A DNA stretch of 64,000 nucleotides, taken from NCBI GenBank assembly GCA_965200875.1, contig OZ241456.1, forward strand, positions 32,001-96,000, given 5' to 3'. This DNA is from Bdellovibrionales bacterium (lineage in GTDB: Bacteria > Bdellovibrionota > Bdellovibrionia > Bdellovibrionales > UBA1609). Numbering within the stretch: the stretch's first letter is position 1; each line of letters opens with the position of its first letter. The position numbers were made by a program, and so were the translations under genes. This document shows, in pieces, positions 24,005 to 34,031 of this stretch. Below the pieces are notes generated by a model. It ran no database searches, had not been told where the DNA came from, and saw nothing but the letters and a program-made list of their open reading frames with translations.

Positions 24005-24187
24005 AACTTCCAAAAAGTCAATATTTGGAAGTTTAAAAATGTTAACTCACAACTTTGGAAGTTTAATGAATGTAACTTCCAAAAAACCAATTTATGGAAG
24101 TTTAAAAATGTTAACTCATAACTTTGGAAGTTTAATGAATGTAACTTCCAAAAAACCAATTTATGGAAGTTTTAAAGCGTTAACTCA
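24005..24187. repeat. About 2.6 tandem copies of a 69-bp unit containing AACTTCCA-N13-TGGAAGTT palindromes
   Basis: Units begin at 24005, 24074 and 24143; each full unit has an extra TGGAAGTT half-site. Confidence 0.92.
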
Positions 24188-25371
24188 GAGGAAATAAATT
24201 CTTTTATACGGGAACAGGCAGAAGCCATTAATTTTTCATCAGTGGCAAAATGTATACGCACATAACCTGGATAATGAAATTCCTCTCCAGGAACACAAAG
24301 TACAAATTTTTCCTGAAAAAGAGCAGTTACAAAATCTGCGGAAGAACGAATCACTCCCTTCCTCCAAGAAGAACCATATAGTTTTTGTACACTCACCCAT
24401 AGATAAAAAGTTCCCTCAGGAGGAAACACTTTCAAACCTTCAATCTCCTGAAAAGCTTTTAAAGCCAAAGCTTTTTTTTTCAATAAGTTTTGGCGGGTTT
24501 CCTCCAATTCTTTGTCACACTGGGTGAGAGCATAAGCAGATGCAGTTTGTGAAATAGAGCTGGCACAACTTACGGACTGACTTTGAAATTTGGACATGGC
24601 ACTTATAATGTTTTCATGGCCCACAGCCCAGCCCACGCGCCAGCCGGGCATGGAGTAGTTTTTGGAAACAGCATTGATACATAACACACGATCTTTTAAA
24701 TCTGGAGCGACCTTTAGTAAATGAGGAGCCATAGAACCCGAAAAATACAAATGATTGTAAATATCATCACTCAACACATATATCTCTGGATAAAGCCTTA
24801 ATACATCCGCCAAGGCTTTTAAATCAGACTCACTAAAAACAGCACCGGAAGGGTTATTGGGAGAGTTTAAAATCAATATTTTGGATTTTTTCGTGATATA
24901 TTTTTTTAAAACTTCAGGCTGAAGTTTAAAGTTTTTTTCCACGCAAGTAGGAACAGGGATGAGGCGAGCTTGAGCTAACTCCACCATAGATGGATAGCTC
25001 ACCCAATAAGGTGTGGGCAAAAGGACTTCATCATCTGGATCACAAAGAGTCTGAATAGCGGAAAACAAAATAAACTTGGCACCAATGGAAACTGTTACCT
25101 GAGAAGGTTTTAAAGTTAGATCCAACCATTTTTTTGTATTGGCTATGATAGCTTCTTTTAAAATATGAGAACCGCTTGCAGGAGTGTACTTTGTGTCCCC
25201 GGCTTTTATCGCCTCAATGCCGGCAGAACATATAGCCTCTGGAGTGGCCCAAGTGGGTTCTCCTAGGGACAGGGAAATCACATCTTTTCCCTCATCTTTC
25301 AGTTTACGAGCTTTTACCCCTAAGGCCATAACAGCAGAAGGTTTTAAATTAAGCGATCTTTTCGAAAGCAT
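24172..25371 (-). CDS. aspC: Class I/II PLP aminotransferase (aspartate aminotransferase-like)
   Basis: NSPNNPSG, SDDIY, SKNYSMPGWRVG. Confidence 0.9.
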   Translation of the reverse strand: MLSKRSLNLKPSAVMALGVKARKLKDEGKDVISLSLGEPTWATPEAICSAGIEAIKAGDTKYTPASGSHILKEAIIANTKKWLDLTLKPSQVTVSIGAKFILFSAIQTLCDPDDEVLLPTPYWVSYPSMVELAQARLIPVPTCVEKNFKLQPEVLKKYITKKSKILILNSPNNPSGAVFSESDLKALADVLRLYPEIYVLSDDIYNHLYFSGSMAPHLLKVAPDLKDRVLCINAVSKNYSMPGWRVGWAVGHENIISAMSKFQSQSVSCASSISQTASAYALTQCDKELEETRQNLLKKKALALKAFQEIEGLKVFPPEGTFYLWVSVQKLYGSSWRKGVIRSSADFVTALFQEKFVLCVPGEEFHYPGYVRIHFATDEKLMASACSRIKEFISSELTL

Positions 25372-25500
25372 GGCTCTCCCTCTCTCTTTTTTTCTTAGAC
25401 CGGTTTTTCACCCTGAACCTGATCCATTAAAAAGTTTCAACGACATAAAAAATAAAATCTCAATCGTATAAAGATATTATCAAGTATTTTCCCGAAAACA

Positions 25501-26010
25501 TCAAAGAGGTTCCGGCTTAAATTTTTTCTTCAGAGCTTTTGCCACAGATTCTGGAATCCACTCACTTAAATCCTCTCCATGAGAGGCAATTTCTTTGACC
25601 ACCTGCGAAGATAAATGAGTATATTCCGGGCGGGTAAAGGCAATAAAGGTTTCACACTCCTTAAAAAGCTGTTTGTTGGCGGCCGCCATAGTCAACTCAT
25701 ATTCAAAGTCAGATACAGCTCTCACCCCTCTGATAATAACCTTAATATCCTGTTTTTTAGCATACTCCACAGTCAGCCCTTCATAAGAGGCCACTATCAC
25801 CCCTTTTATGTCCTGAAGACAGGCACGAGCCAGATCCACTCTTTCCTTCAGGGAAAAAAGATACTGTTTGCTGGCTGAAGTGGACACCAGCAAAACTAGA
25901 GGATCAAAAAACTGTCCAAGTCTTTTTACCAGATCAACATGACCTTTTGTAATAGGATCAAAACTTCCCGGATACACCGCTTTTCTGTTCAAATTGGACT
26001 TTTTTTCCAT
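25501..26010 (-). CDS. coaD: Phosphopantetheine adenylyltransferase
   Basis: YPGSFDPITKGH, IRGVRAVSDFEYE, LSSQVVKEIA. Confidence 0.97.
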   Translation of the reverse strand: MEKKSNLNRKAVYPGSFDPITKGHVDLVKRLGQFFDPLVLLVSTSASKQYLFSLKERVDLARACLQDIKGVIVASYEGLTVEYAKKQDIKVIIRGVRAVSDFEYELTMAAANKQLFKECETFIAFTRPEYTHLSSQVVKEIASHGEDLSEWIPESVAKALKKKFKPEPL

Positions 26011-26123
26011 ATCATGTCTCTTTTCCTCTGAGAATTTCCAATCATAGATTGTTTTGCTAGTCAGCGCCAGTCATAAGCGACTTGAAGACAAAAAATATTT
26101 ATGGGTATTTTTAAAGTTGTGTT

Positions 26124-27344
26124 ATGGCAATTCTGACATCAGGCGAGAACAACGAGAAAAAACATCTGAAACAATTAAGTTTTAATATTATGAAAAAACA
26201 GAAAAAAAACCTCTCAGAAAGTACCCTGAACACAAAATATCTGGGACAGGTATTCACTCCAAAGGATATTGTGCAGGAGATGATTGCATTGCGTCGCAAC
26301 AAAGGTTTGGTGTTGGAACCTGCTTGCGGGAATGGAGCTTTTTTAAACCAGCTGGATAAGGCTTTAGGGATTGAGCTGGATAAAAATATCATAACCAACA
26401 AAAAAGTTTTACAGTGTGACTTTTTCGCATATTCCACTAAAAATAAATTCAGCTCCATTATCGGCAACCCCCCGTATGTGCGGTTTCAGGATATACTGCC
26501 AGAAACAAAAAAATTACTTCCAATGGAATGGTTCGACCGAAGAAGCAATCTTTATCTGTTTTTTATAGCAAAGTGCCTAAAGCATTTAAAAAAAGGAGGA
26601 GAGCTTATCTTTATCACTCCCCGGGATTTTTTAAAGGCCACCAGTGCCAGAATCTTGAACTCTCATCTCTATGAGCAAGGCTCTATCACCTATTACCGAG
26701 AACTGGGTGATTTACCGGTATTTTCCGGCTATACCCCTAATTGTGCTATCTGGCGGTGGGAAAAAGCCTGCTATAATCGCCATGTCTCAAGCGGACAGGG
26801 CTGGTTCAACCATCACAGGGGACAGCTTTGGTTTGGTTCTCCAAGTGGAGGACACTTATCCGATCTGTTTGATGTGAAAGTGGGGGCCGTAAGTGGCGCA
26901 GACCATATATTTACCAATGAAAAACATGGCAACGCGGATATGGTGTGTTCTTTTACCGCCGGCACGGGAAAAACCCGAAAAATGATTTACAACCGAAAAG
27001 ACCAATATCTTCTGCCCTACAAAAATGAGCTAATAAAGCGCCGGATCAGAGTATTTAATGAAAACAACTGGTGGGAATGGGGACGCAAATATTGCAAAAG
27101 AGATGGGCCACGCGTGTATGTGAACTGCAAAACCAGAAATTCAAAACCTTTTTTTACACACAAATCCAGAGCATACGATGGTTCGGTAATGGCTCTTTTT
27201 CCAAAAGACCCTCATACAGATGTGGAAAAAGCAGTTTTCAAGCTTAATGAAATCAGCTGGAACAATCTGGGGTTTGCCTGTGATGGAAGACTGATTTTTA
27301 CACAACGTAGCCTAGAAAATGCTCCCGTGGAGCTTTCCCTGTAA
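26124..27344 (+). CDS. N6-adenine DNA methyltransferase (gamma class, TaqI/Eco57I-like)
   Basis: GQVFTP, motif I LEPACGNGAF, motif IV GNPPY, NLYLFFI; TRD-like C-terminus. Confidence 0.9.
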   Translation: MAILTSGENNEKKHLKQLSFNIMKKQKKNLSESTLNTKYLGQVFTPKDIVQEMIALRRNKGLVLEPACGNGAFLNQLDKALGIELDKNIITNKKVLQCDFFAYSTKNKFSSIIGNPPYVRFQDILPETKKLLPMEWFDRRSNLYLFFIAKCLKHLKKGGELIFITPRDFLKATSARILNSHLYEQGSITYYRELGDLPVFSGYTPNCAIWRWEKACYNRHVSSGQGWFNHHRGQLWFGSPSGGHLSDLFDVKVGAVSGADHIFTNEKHGNADMVCSFTAGTGKTRKMIYNRKDQYLLPYKNELIKRRIRVFNENNWWEWGRKYCKRDGPRVYVNCKTRNSKPFFTHKSRAYDGSVMALFPKDPHTDVEKAVFKLNEISWNNLGFACDGRLIFTQRSLENAPVELSL

Positions 27345-27362
27345 TACCAAAAAAATATTGTA

Positions 27363-27935
27363 TCAGTGATCAAAAAAAGAATAAAACAGTATTTGTTTGT
27401 CACCAAATTTCTTTTTAAGTGTCAAAAAATAAAAATCAGTTTCTTCCTGAGTTTTTTCCTGAGTGGAAATTTCCAACACCAGTGTCGTGCCCTTTCTAAA
27501 AGCTTTAGAGGAAACAGAAGCTTTTAAAATTTTTTCTCCGTAGTGCTTTTTAAAAGGAGGATCTGCAAAAATTAAATCAAAACCTTCACCCCTGTAAGCA
27601 GAGAGAAAACGAAACACATCTTTTTGAAAAACTTTTACATTATTAGGGTAGAGAGGGAGAAGATTTAAAACCTGACAATTTTTTTGAATAATCTGGATCG
27701 CTTTTTTATGGGAGTCCACCATATACACCTCCCTAGCACCTCGGGACAAAGCCTCCAAGGCCAGGTTGCCTGTGCCGGAAAAAAGATCCAAAACTCTTTG
27801 ATTCTCCATTCCCCTAAGCCGGGAATAGAGACTGTTAAAAACAGAGGTTTTTACCCGATCCGTCATAGGACGAACAAAATCCGCAGAAAAAGAACAAAGT
27901 CGCCGGCCCTTATAATAACCGGAAATAATTCTCAT
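27363..27935 (-). CDS. rsmD: 16S rRNA m2G966 methyltransferase
   Basis: MRIISG..KGRRL, RPMTDRVK, LDLFSGTG, EALSRGA, DPPF. Confidence 0.95.
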   Translation of the reverse strand: MRIISGYYKGRRLCSFSADFVRPMTDRVKTSVFNSLYSRLRGMENQRVLDLFSGTGNLALEALSRGAREVYMVDSHKKAIQIIQKNCQVLNLLPLYPNNVKVFQKDVFRFLSAYRGEGFDLIFADPPFKKHYGEKILKASVSSKAFRKGTTLVLEISTQEKTQEETDFYFLTLKKKFGDKQILFYSFFDH

Positions 27936-27941
27936 TATCGA

Positions 27942-28313
27942 TTACAGCACTATATCCCTAGGTGGTGGCCTGAACAAGTCTTCCGCCCGGTCAAAAAACC
28001 GAACAATATCCTGAAAAGGTTTAGAGACAAACAAGTCCACACCTGGAATAGATGCTCCCTCAGAAAAAGCCCTGTGAGCGGACATCATTACCACTTTCTC
28101 ATTGTTTTTTTTACCCGCCTCCTGCAATAAAGAAGGACCATCTAAACCCGGCAAAAAAATATCCAAAAACACCAAATGTGGCTGAAACTTACGCCAAACC
28201 CTCAAACCCCTTAAGCCATTATTTTCTGTTTTCACTATATGCCCCCTAGAAAGTGCCACTCGTGCCAGACACTTTTCAATCAAAACTTCATCATCCACAA
28301 TCAAAACCCTCAT
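27942..28313 (-). CDS. Single-domain response regulator
   Basis: LIVDDE, FLDIFLPGLDG, MMSA, KPF. Confidence 0.9.
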   Translation of the reverse strand: MRVLIVDDEVLIEKCLARVALSRGHIVKTENNGLRGLRVWRKFQPHLVFLDIFLPGLDGPSLLQEAGKKNNEKVVMMSAHRAFSEGASIPGVDLFVSKPFQDIVRFFDRAEDLFRPPPRDIVL

Positions 28314-28332
28314 TTTATCGTTATACCATATC

Positions 28333-29808
28333 TTATATGGATTCCAAAGGCAGTGTCATGGTAAAACAAGCACCCCCTAACCCGGAACGACCAGCTGTTA
28401 AACTTCCTTCAAAACTTTCCACAATATTTTTACTCATACTCAGCCCCAACCCTGTCCCCTGAGACTCACTTTTTGTCGTAAAAAAAGGCTTAAACACATT
28501 CTCATAATCCTTAAACGGAATGCCTGATCCACTGTCTTCCACATATAAAAAAGCTTTTTCTTTCTCCCTTAAAACCCTAACTTTTACAGTCTGCCGAGAA
28601 CCTTTCAAACCCGATACAGCCTGACAGGCGTTTTTCATTAAATTAAAAATCACCTGTCTCAGCAAACAAGCCTGAGTTTTCACCAAAACCGGTACAGAGC
28701 AAAGTTCTATTTGAAGATCAGAAAAATGTATAAGAGATTTTAAAAGCGGTACGGTTTTTTTAACCCCTTCATTTAAATCACACACATCCAGCTGACTGCC
28801 CTGCCGGGAAAAATCCAGAAGATTGGAAATAATCTCCTGTGAACGAGAAACCCCTTCAGCAATATCCTGCATATCCTTTCGCTCCTCATTGTTTAATTTA
28901 TGAGAGCTTAAAAGCCATTGCGCCATAGATAACACACCGGCAAGAGGATTATTTAATTGATGGGCGACTGATTCCCCCAGCTCCCCTAAAGCAGACATTT
29001 TCCGATTTTGAATCATTTGTGTTCTTAAACTCAAAGACTCGCTAATATCCGCATAATGACAAACAATATACTCACTGCCCTTAATAAGAACCGGATAAGA
29101 ATGTTTTTCAAAAATCCGTCCTTCTCTTTGTAAAGTCTGATCCAAAGAAATATTTTTCACATTATCAAACAGACGCTCAAAAGCGGAGTTCGCATTACTT
29201 AATCGGTTTTGTTCGTCAAAAACAGCCAAAGGTTCATTTAACTCATCAAAAGTGGAGGTTAAAAGCTCTAAGCCGGTTTCCAAATGAAACTGCCATAAAA
29301 GGCGATCCAAACACTTTGTGATCAATGTTAAATAAGACTCATAAAAACTCTTAAGTTTCTTAGGATCTTTTATAAAAAATTCCACAAAAATATAACTAGG
29401 ATAATCTACACTATACTGACTGGTATAAATAGGCACAGTTAAAATATTCTGAACTGGCCGACCTAAGGATTTTGTCCAATATTGGATATCTGTTCTGTCT
29501 CCTATTCTAAGATTTTGTCTCTCATGCTCATTAAATCGTTTGTACTTAGAGGAAGACTTGTAAATTCTTTTGGAATGACACAGATACTGAAGAGGGCCGA
29601 AATGACCTGAGTGCCAACAGAAAAAAAAACTTCTTACTTTAAACTGCCGAACAGTCTCTTTATAAAGAAGGAATAAAAAGTCGGCAAGAGAAGAAACTTT
29701 AAAAAGTTTATCACAAAACTTCAAATGAGATTTGATTTCCCGAATCTGATTTTCCAGTTTTTTTCTCTCTCCGGGTCTGAAAGAGGACTTGTACAGTTCA
29801 TCAGGCAA
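28333..29808 (-). CDS. Sensor histidine kinase (NtrB-like, cytoplasmic)
   Basis: AHQLNNPL H-box, NLMKNA, DSGSGI, FFTTK, GTGLGL. Confidence 0.93.
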   Translation of the reverse strand: MPDELYKSSFRPGERKKLENQIREIKSHLKFCDKLFKVSSLADFLFLLYKETVRQFKVRSFFFCWHSGHFGPLQYLCHSKRIYKSSSKYKRFNEHERQNLRIGDRTDIQYWTKSLGRPVQNILTVPIYTSQYSVDYPSYIFVEFFIKDPKKLKSFYESYLTLITKCLDRLLWQFHLETGLELLTSTFDELNEPLAVFDEQNRLSNANSAFERLFDNVKNISLDQTLQREGRIFEKHSYPVLIKGSEYIVCHYADISESLSLRTQMIQNRKMSALGELGESVAHQLNNPLAGVLSMAQWLLSSHKLNNEERKDMQDIAEGVSRSQEIISNLLDFSRQGSQLDVCDLNEGVKKTVPLLKSLIHFSDLQIELCSVPVLVKTQACLLRQVIFNLMKNACQAVSGLKGSRQTVKVRVLREKEKAFLYVEDSGSGIPFKDYENVFKPFFTTKSESQGTGLGLSMSKNIVESFEGSLTAGRSGLGGACFTMTLPLESI

Positions 29809-30139
29809 TTTGATCTTCCACTATATCGTATTGCAGATCATTTAAATAAGAATGAATAAGAATATCTTTTTGCAAAATCGCCAATGTCACTTCCCGTTTT
29901 TTCCGCAAGAGCTGGATTACTGTTTTTTTTTCCTTTTCAGAAATTTTCTCTGGGTTATATTTTTTCAGCTGAATATCTAGGTTTTCAATAGCATCCAGAA
30001 TAATTTGACGACTGTAATAAAATTGCTTGATATGACTGTAATCCCCCTTTTGCAAACGCTGACATTCTAAAGTGCTGATTTTTTCAAATTGAAAAAGATA
30101 ATTATTTTTCTGCCGTAATAAATCAATAACCAATTTCAT
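29801..30139 (-). CDS. Hypothetical helical protein (FlgN-like)
   Basis: 112-aa helical ORF overlapping the kinase start; AGAGG RBS. Confidence 0.6.
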   Translation of the reverse strand: MKLVIDLLRQKNNYLFQFEKISTLECQRLQKGDYSHIKQFYYSRQIILDAIENLDIQLKKYNPEKISEKEKKTVIQLLRKKREVTLAILQKDILIHSYLNDLQYDIVEDQIA

Positions 30140-30309
30140 ACTTAACCTCTAATATCAAATGATTACATTTTATATTATGCCAGATATTTTGAAAAAAAAA
30201 GAGTCAATAATATAACTTGTCTAAAGATGAGACACTAAAAAAAACTTTTTATCCCAAATGCTTATAAATGGTGAAAAACACTTGACAGGGTATTGGTCCA
30301 GTCGAGTTT

Positions 30310-31992
30310 TTAATCTAAAATCTTCATCATATATTCCTGCATAAAATTTTTTGTGTGATCCGGGTTGACCTTTAGTTCCACTACAGCAGGAGAGGAAAAA
30401 GAAAGTGTTTTCGGCCACTCTTCAACAAAATAATAATTTAACCCCCACATTTCTGCCCATTTTCCAAATTGTAAGGCATGCGCATTCAGGAATATTGGAT
30501 CAGAAAACAAAGAGGAAAAAATCTGCCCACCACTGTTATTAATAATCCCCAAAAAAATTTTCATATTGACATCCATTTGTTTTAAAATCCACGGGGCGGA
30601 GAGATCATATAAACAACTTAAGTCTCCTATCAGACACCAGTTTTGTCTATCTGGTTCAGAAGAACCTAAAAAAGAGGATAAAAGCCCGTCAATACCGTTA
30701 GCTCCTCTGTTACATAAGTATTTTAACTCTTTATCCGGGTGATAAAGACCGGCCAGATTCCACTCCCTTATGGGGAGGCTGTTTCCTAAGAACAAAAGAG
30801 AACGAGAAGGGATTTTTTGAGAGAATTTTCTTATAAGAGCAGGTTCACTTAAAGGATATTTTTTCAACAACTCATTTAAAACCTGGGTTTGTTTTTTATC
30901 TTTTTTAAGTATGTCCAAAGTGTTTTTTTTCAAGGTTTTTCGGTAGCGGGTTTTCCGGTCTCGAAAATCATATTCTTCCTTACTCCATTCAAAAAAATCA
31001 AAAAAAGAAACTACGGGGTGAGTACGGCCAAGCCCTGAATAATGCTGCTCACTCACGGATAAAACAGGTATATGTGTTTTTTCCAAATCTATCCAGAACC
31101 GGGCACAAGGTCTTCCCCCTATACGCAAAACCCCATCTATTTTTTTATTTGAGATCAGCCACGATAAAAACCTATCCCCAGACTTTAAAATAACAGATTT
31201 TAATTTTTGAGATTCCCGCAGGCCGGAAGGGGCTTCCGCATAAACCGGCCAAGAAAAATCACTTAAAACTTTTTCTGTATTTTCTCTCACACTTTCCGAA
31301 AGTTCAGCTACAATACACAAAGGTTTTTTTACTTTTGAAAAAAAAATTTTTATACGGCTTGCTGGTGCAAAAGCAAGAGGGAGGGAGGGCTGAGAAGCTG
31401 GCAAAGAAGGAAATGGAGAAGAAAATACAAGCGGTTTTATTTTTTTATCCATCAAAGGCTCAGAAAAACAAATATTGATATGACAGGGAATCTTTCTTCC
31501 CCAAGAAGACAAATCAAATTTCTGAGGACTTTCCAAATCCCATGTTTTTTCCACATAATGAGAAAAGATCCCCACCTGCTCAATACTTTGAGGAGCACCA
31601 GTTCCACGGTAAGAAGAAGGACGATCAGCCGTAATCAGTACTAAAGGAAGATGAGAGTAATAAGATTCAATAACAGCCGGAAGAAGCTCTGCTACAGCTG
31701 TGCCGGAAGTGGTAATGACCGCTAAAGGGGCTTTATCTCTTCGACATCTCCCCATTGCGAAAAAACCCGCTGATCTTTCTTCAAAAAAGGAAAACACTTT
31801 TAAACCTTTGGCTTGAGAAACAACAGAAACAAGAGGGGCATTTCTACCTCCTGGACAGAGGCAAAAAGTAAAGACACCATGTATTTTCACAAGCTGAGCA
31901 ATCACTCCCTCAGAGAAAGCAATATTTCCACTCATAAAATCAGACTTTTTCACCGAAACAAGTTTTTTCATTGATGCTTTCCTCTTTTCCAT
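30310..31992 (-). CDS. menD: SEPHCHC synthase MenD
   Basis: CPGGRNAPL, EERSAGFFA, TTSGTAVA, TADRP, NRGANGIDG, GDLS; start uncertain. Confidence 0.95.
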   Translation of the reverse strand: MEKRKASMKKLVSVKKSDFMSGNIAFSEGVIAQLVKIHGVFTFCLCPGGRNAPLVSVVSQAKGLKVFSFFEERSAGFFAMGRCRRDKAPLAVITTSGTAVAELLPAVIESYYSHLPLVLITADRPSSYRGTGAPQSIEQVGIFSHYVEKTWDLESPQKFDLSSWGRKIPCHINICFSEPLMDKKIKPLVFSSPFPSLPASQPSLPLAFAPASRIKIFFSKVKKPLCIVAELSESVRENTEKVLSDFSWPVYAEAPSGLRESQKLKSVILKSGDRFLSWLISNKKIDGVLRIGGRPCARFWIDLEKTHIPVLSVSEQHYSGLGRTHPVVSFFDFFEWSKEEYDFRDRKTRYRKTLKKNTLDILKKDKKQTQVLNELLKKYPLSEPALIRKFSQKIPSRSLLFLGNSLPIREWNLAGLYHPDKELKYLCNRGANGIDGLLSSFLGSSEPDRQNWCLIGDLSCLYDLSAPWILKQMDVNMKIFLGIINNSGGQIFSSLFSDPIFLNAHALQFGKWAEMWGLNYYFVEEWPKTLSFSSPAVVELKVNPDHTKNFMQEYMMKILD

Positions 31993-31997
31993 ACTCA

Positions 31998-33071
31998 CTA
32001 AATGGATAAAAATAATATATCTTTTATAATCTGCCTCTTTTTTTTCAACTCTTCCCATTCTTTTTCCAACCGGCTTTCTTTCACTAGCCCTGCCCCGGAA
32101 CCTATATAAGCCTTGTTGTTCATAAACTGAATATTACGAATAGCCACCAAACAAAAAGCTTTTTCCCCCATTGTTATTCCAAAAGGTGCTCCAAAGCTCA
32201 GGCGGGGATGATGTTTTTTATCCAAATCCGCCAACATACTCAAAGCCTGCTTTTTAGGAACCCCTCCCAACGCAGGAGTCGGATGCAAAAAAAAGCAAAG
32301 CTTTTCAAAAGATATATTTTCTTTCAAATGCAATTTAAAATCCGTTCTTAAATGCCGAATATCTCCTGCAGAATATATATAAGTCTTGGAGAACTGGAGG
32401 TTTCCTGTTTTCTCCAAACAGGTTTTTAACTCCTCCACCACTATTTGATGTTCCTTTTGTTCCTTTAAGTCTTTCAGTAAATCATGCCCGGAATGATGAG
32501 CTGTGCCCGCTAAAGCCATTGTTTGAACAAGAGGCCCTTCTTTTTGAAAAAGCCACTCCGGCGTAAAACCTGCTATAGCCTTTTTCCCCGACCAAAAAGC
32601 ATAAGCAAATCCTGCTTGCTCAAGTGAGCGGGAAACCAAACGATAAACCAAAGCTGGCATATCCATTTCTTTTAACTCATATTCCGCAGTTTCAAAAAAA
32701 ACTGGTACCACTTTTTGAAGCCGGCTTTTTGCAATTTGTTTTTTGGCTTTAAAAAAAAAAATCTCAAAATCCGAAAAAGAGGGAAGTCTCCATTGTAAAT
32801 CAGATAGATTCAAAGCCCTCTTTTTTGTCTGACTACTTAAAAAATTAAGCAACTCCCTTTTGGAAAAAAAATCTGCCGTGGAGGGAACATACCAATTTCC
32901 TGAACAAGAATCAGAGAGAAAAAAAGGAGGATGAAACAAACTCCACTTATTTTCAGCAGGTTTTAAAGAGCGGGAAAAAGGACCTTCAGCTAACAGGTAT
33001 TGATTAAGACCGGTTTGAAGCAAAAAACCTTCTTTTTTCCCGCGAGCTTTATATATTATTTTCCAACTCAT
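31998..33071 (-). CDS. menF: Isochorismate synthase / chorismate-binding enzyme
   Basis: KVV, TMALAGT, KEQKEHQIVV, LHPTPALGG, VAIR, GAGLV; upstream of menD. Confidence 0.88.
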   Translation of the reverse strand: MSWKIIYKARGKKEGFLLQTGLNQYLLAEGPFSRSLKPAENKWSLFHPPFFLSDSCSGNWYVPSTADFFSKRELLNFLSSQTKKRALNLSDLQWRLPSFSDFEIFFFKAKKQIAKSRLQKVVPVFFETAEYELKEMDMPALVYRLVSRSLEQAGFAYAFWSGKKAIAGFTPEWLFQKEGPLVQTMALAGTAHHSGHDLLKDLKEQKEHQIVVEELKTCLEKTGNLQFSKTYIYSAGDIRHLRTDFKLHLKENISFEKLCFFLHPTPALGGVPKKQALSMLADLDKKHHPRLSFGAPFGITMGEKAFCLVAIRNIQFMNNKAYIGSGAGLVKESRLEKEWEELKKKRQIIKDILFLSI

Positions 33072-33076
33072 ATCCC

Positions 33077-33877
33077 TTATTGCCCATGCTCAGAATGAAT
33101 ATAAAGAGCTTTATTCATAACAGATAATAATTTGCCAACCTGCTTCATTAACTGTTTGAATTGGCTAAAGTTTAAAGACTGGTAGCCATCTGAGAGAGCT
33201 TTTTCAGGAGCGGGATGAATTTCCACCAAAAGACCATCTAAACCCGCCACCAAAGCCGCTAAAGCCATGTTAATCACTAAAGAAGAATCTCCTGTACCAT
33301 GTGAAGGATCTACAATCACCGGAAGGGAGGACTCTTTTTGAGCCACGAGCGCGCCTGATAAATCCAAAGTGTTTCGGGTGCTGGTTTCAAAAGTGCGGAT
33401 TCCTCTTTCACAAAGAATCACCCGATTATTTCCGGCTTTCACCAAATACTCCATTGCCATCAGCCATTCTGTCACCCGCGCAGAGAAAGCTCTTTTTAAC
33501 AAAACCGGCTTAGGTTGCCCTCCAAGCTCCTTAAGCAATTCATAATTGTACATATTACGCGCACCTACCTGAAATATATCCACTACGGAAGAAAGCATTT
33601 CCATTTGTCTGGGATCCGTAATTTCAGAGACAAAGCTCAAAGAATGTTCTTTTTTTAAATCCCGAACTAAATCAATGGCCTCTTTTCCAAGTCCTTGAAA
33701 AGAATCAGGATGGGTGCGCATTTTATAAACTCCACCTCTTAAGAAAAAAATATTCTCCTGCTTTATAGTGTCCGCGACAGATTGCATCTGCTCTCCGCTC
33801 TCCACAGAACAAGGACCTGCAATAACCATAAAAGGCCTTGGAGACTTTTGAAAAAAAGAATACTTGTTTACTTCCAT
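33077..33877 (-). CDS. aroF: DAHP synthase (class I-beta)
   Basis: IAGPCSVES, QVGARNM, LCERGIRTFE, DPSHG, ALSDG. Confidence 0.93.
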   Translation of the reverse strand: MEVNKYSFFQKSPRPFMVIAGPCSVESGEQMQSVADTIKQENIFFLRGGVYKMRTHPDSFQGLGKEAIDLVRDLKKEHSLSFVSEITDPRQMEMLSSVVDIFQVGARNMYNYELLKELGGQPKPVLLKRAFSARVTEWLMAMEYLVKAGNNRVILCERGIRTFETSTRNTLDLSGALVAQKESSLPVIVDPSHGTGDSSLVINMALAALVAGLDGLLVEIHPAPEKALSDGYQSLNFSQFKQLMKQVGKLLSVMNKALYIHSEHGQ

Positions 33878-34031
33878 TTTTATTTTTCGACGACTATAAG
33901 ATTAATACTGAAGAAGTATAATAGCAAAATCCCGAAAATTTCAAACAATATATATTGTATTATGCCATATTGGTCTTATACTTGTTGATGAAAAACTTAA
34001 ACCCGAAGCGACTTAGAAAAAAAAACAATAT

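Noticed and set aside
24005..24187. CRISPR array
   Set aside because: The intervening sequences are near-identical rather than unique spacers, there are under three units, and no cas genes are in the window.
26124..27344. Complete restriction-modification system
   Set aside because: No endonuclease or specificity gene adjacent; both neighbours are housekeeping genes.
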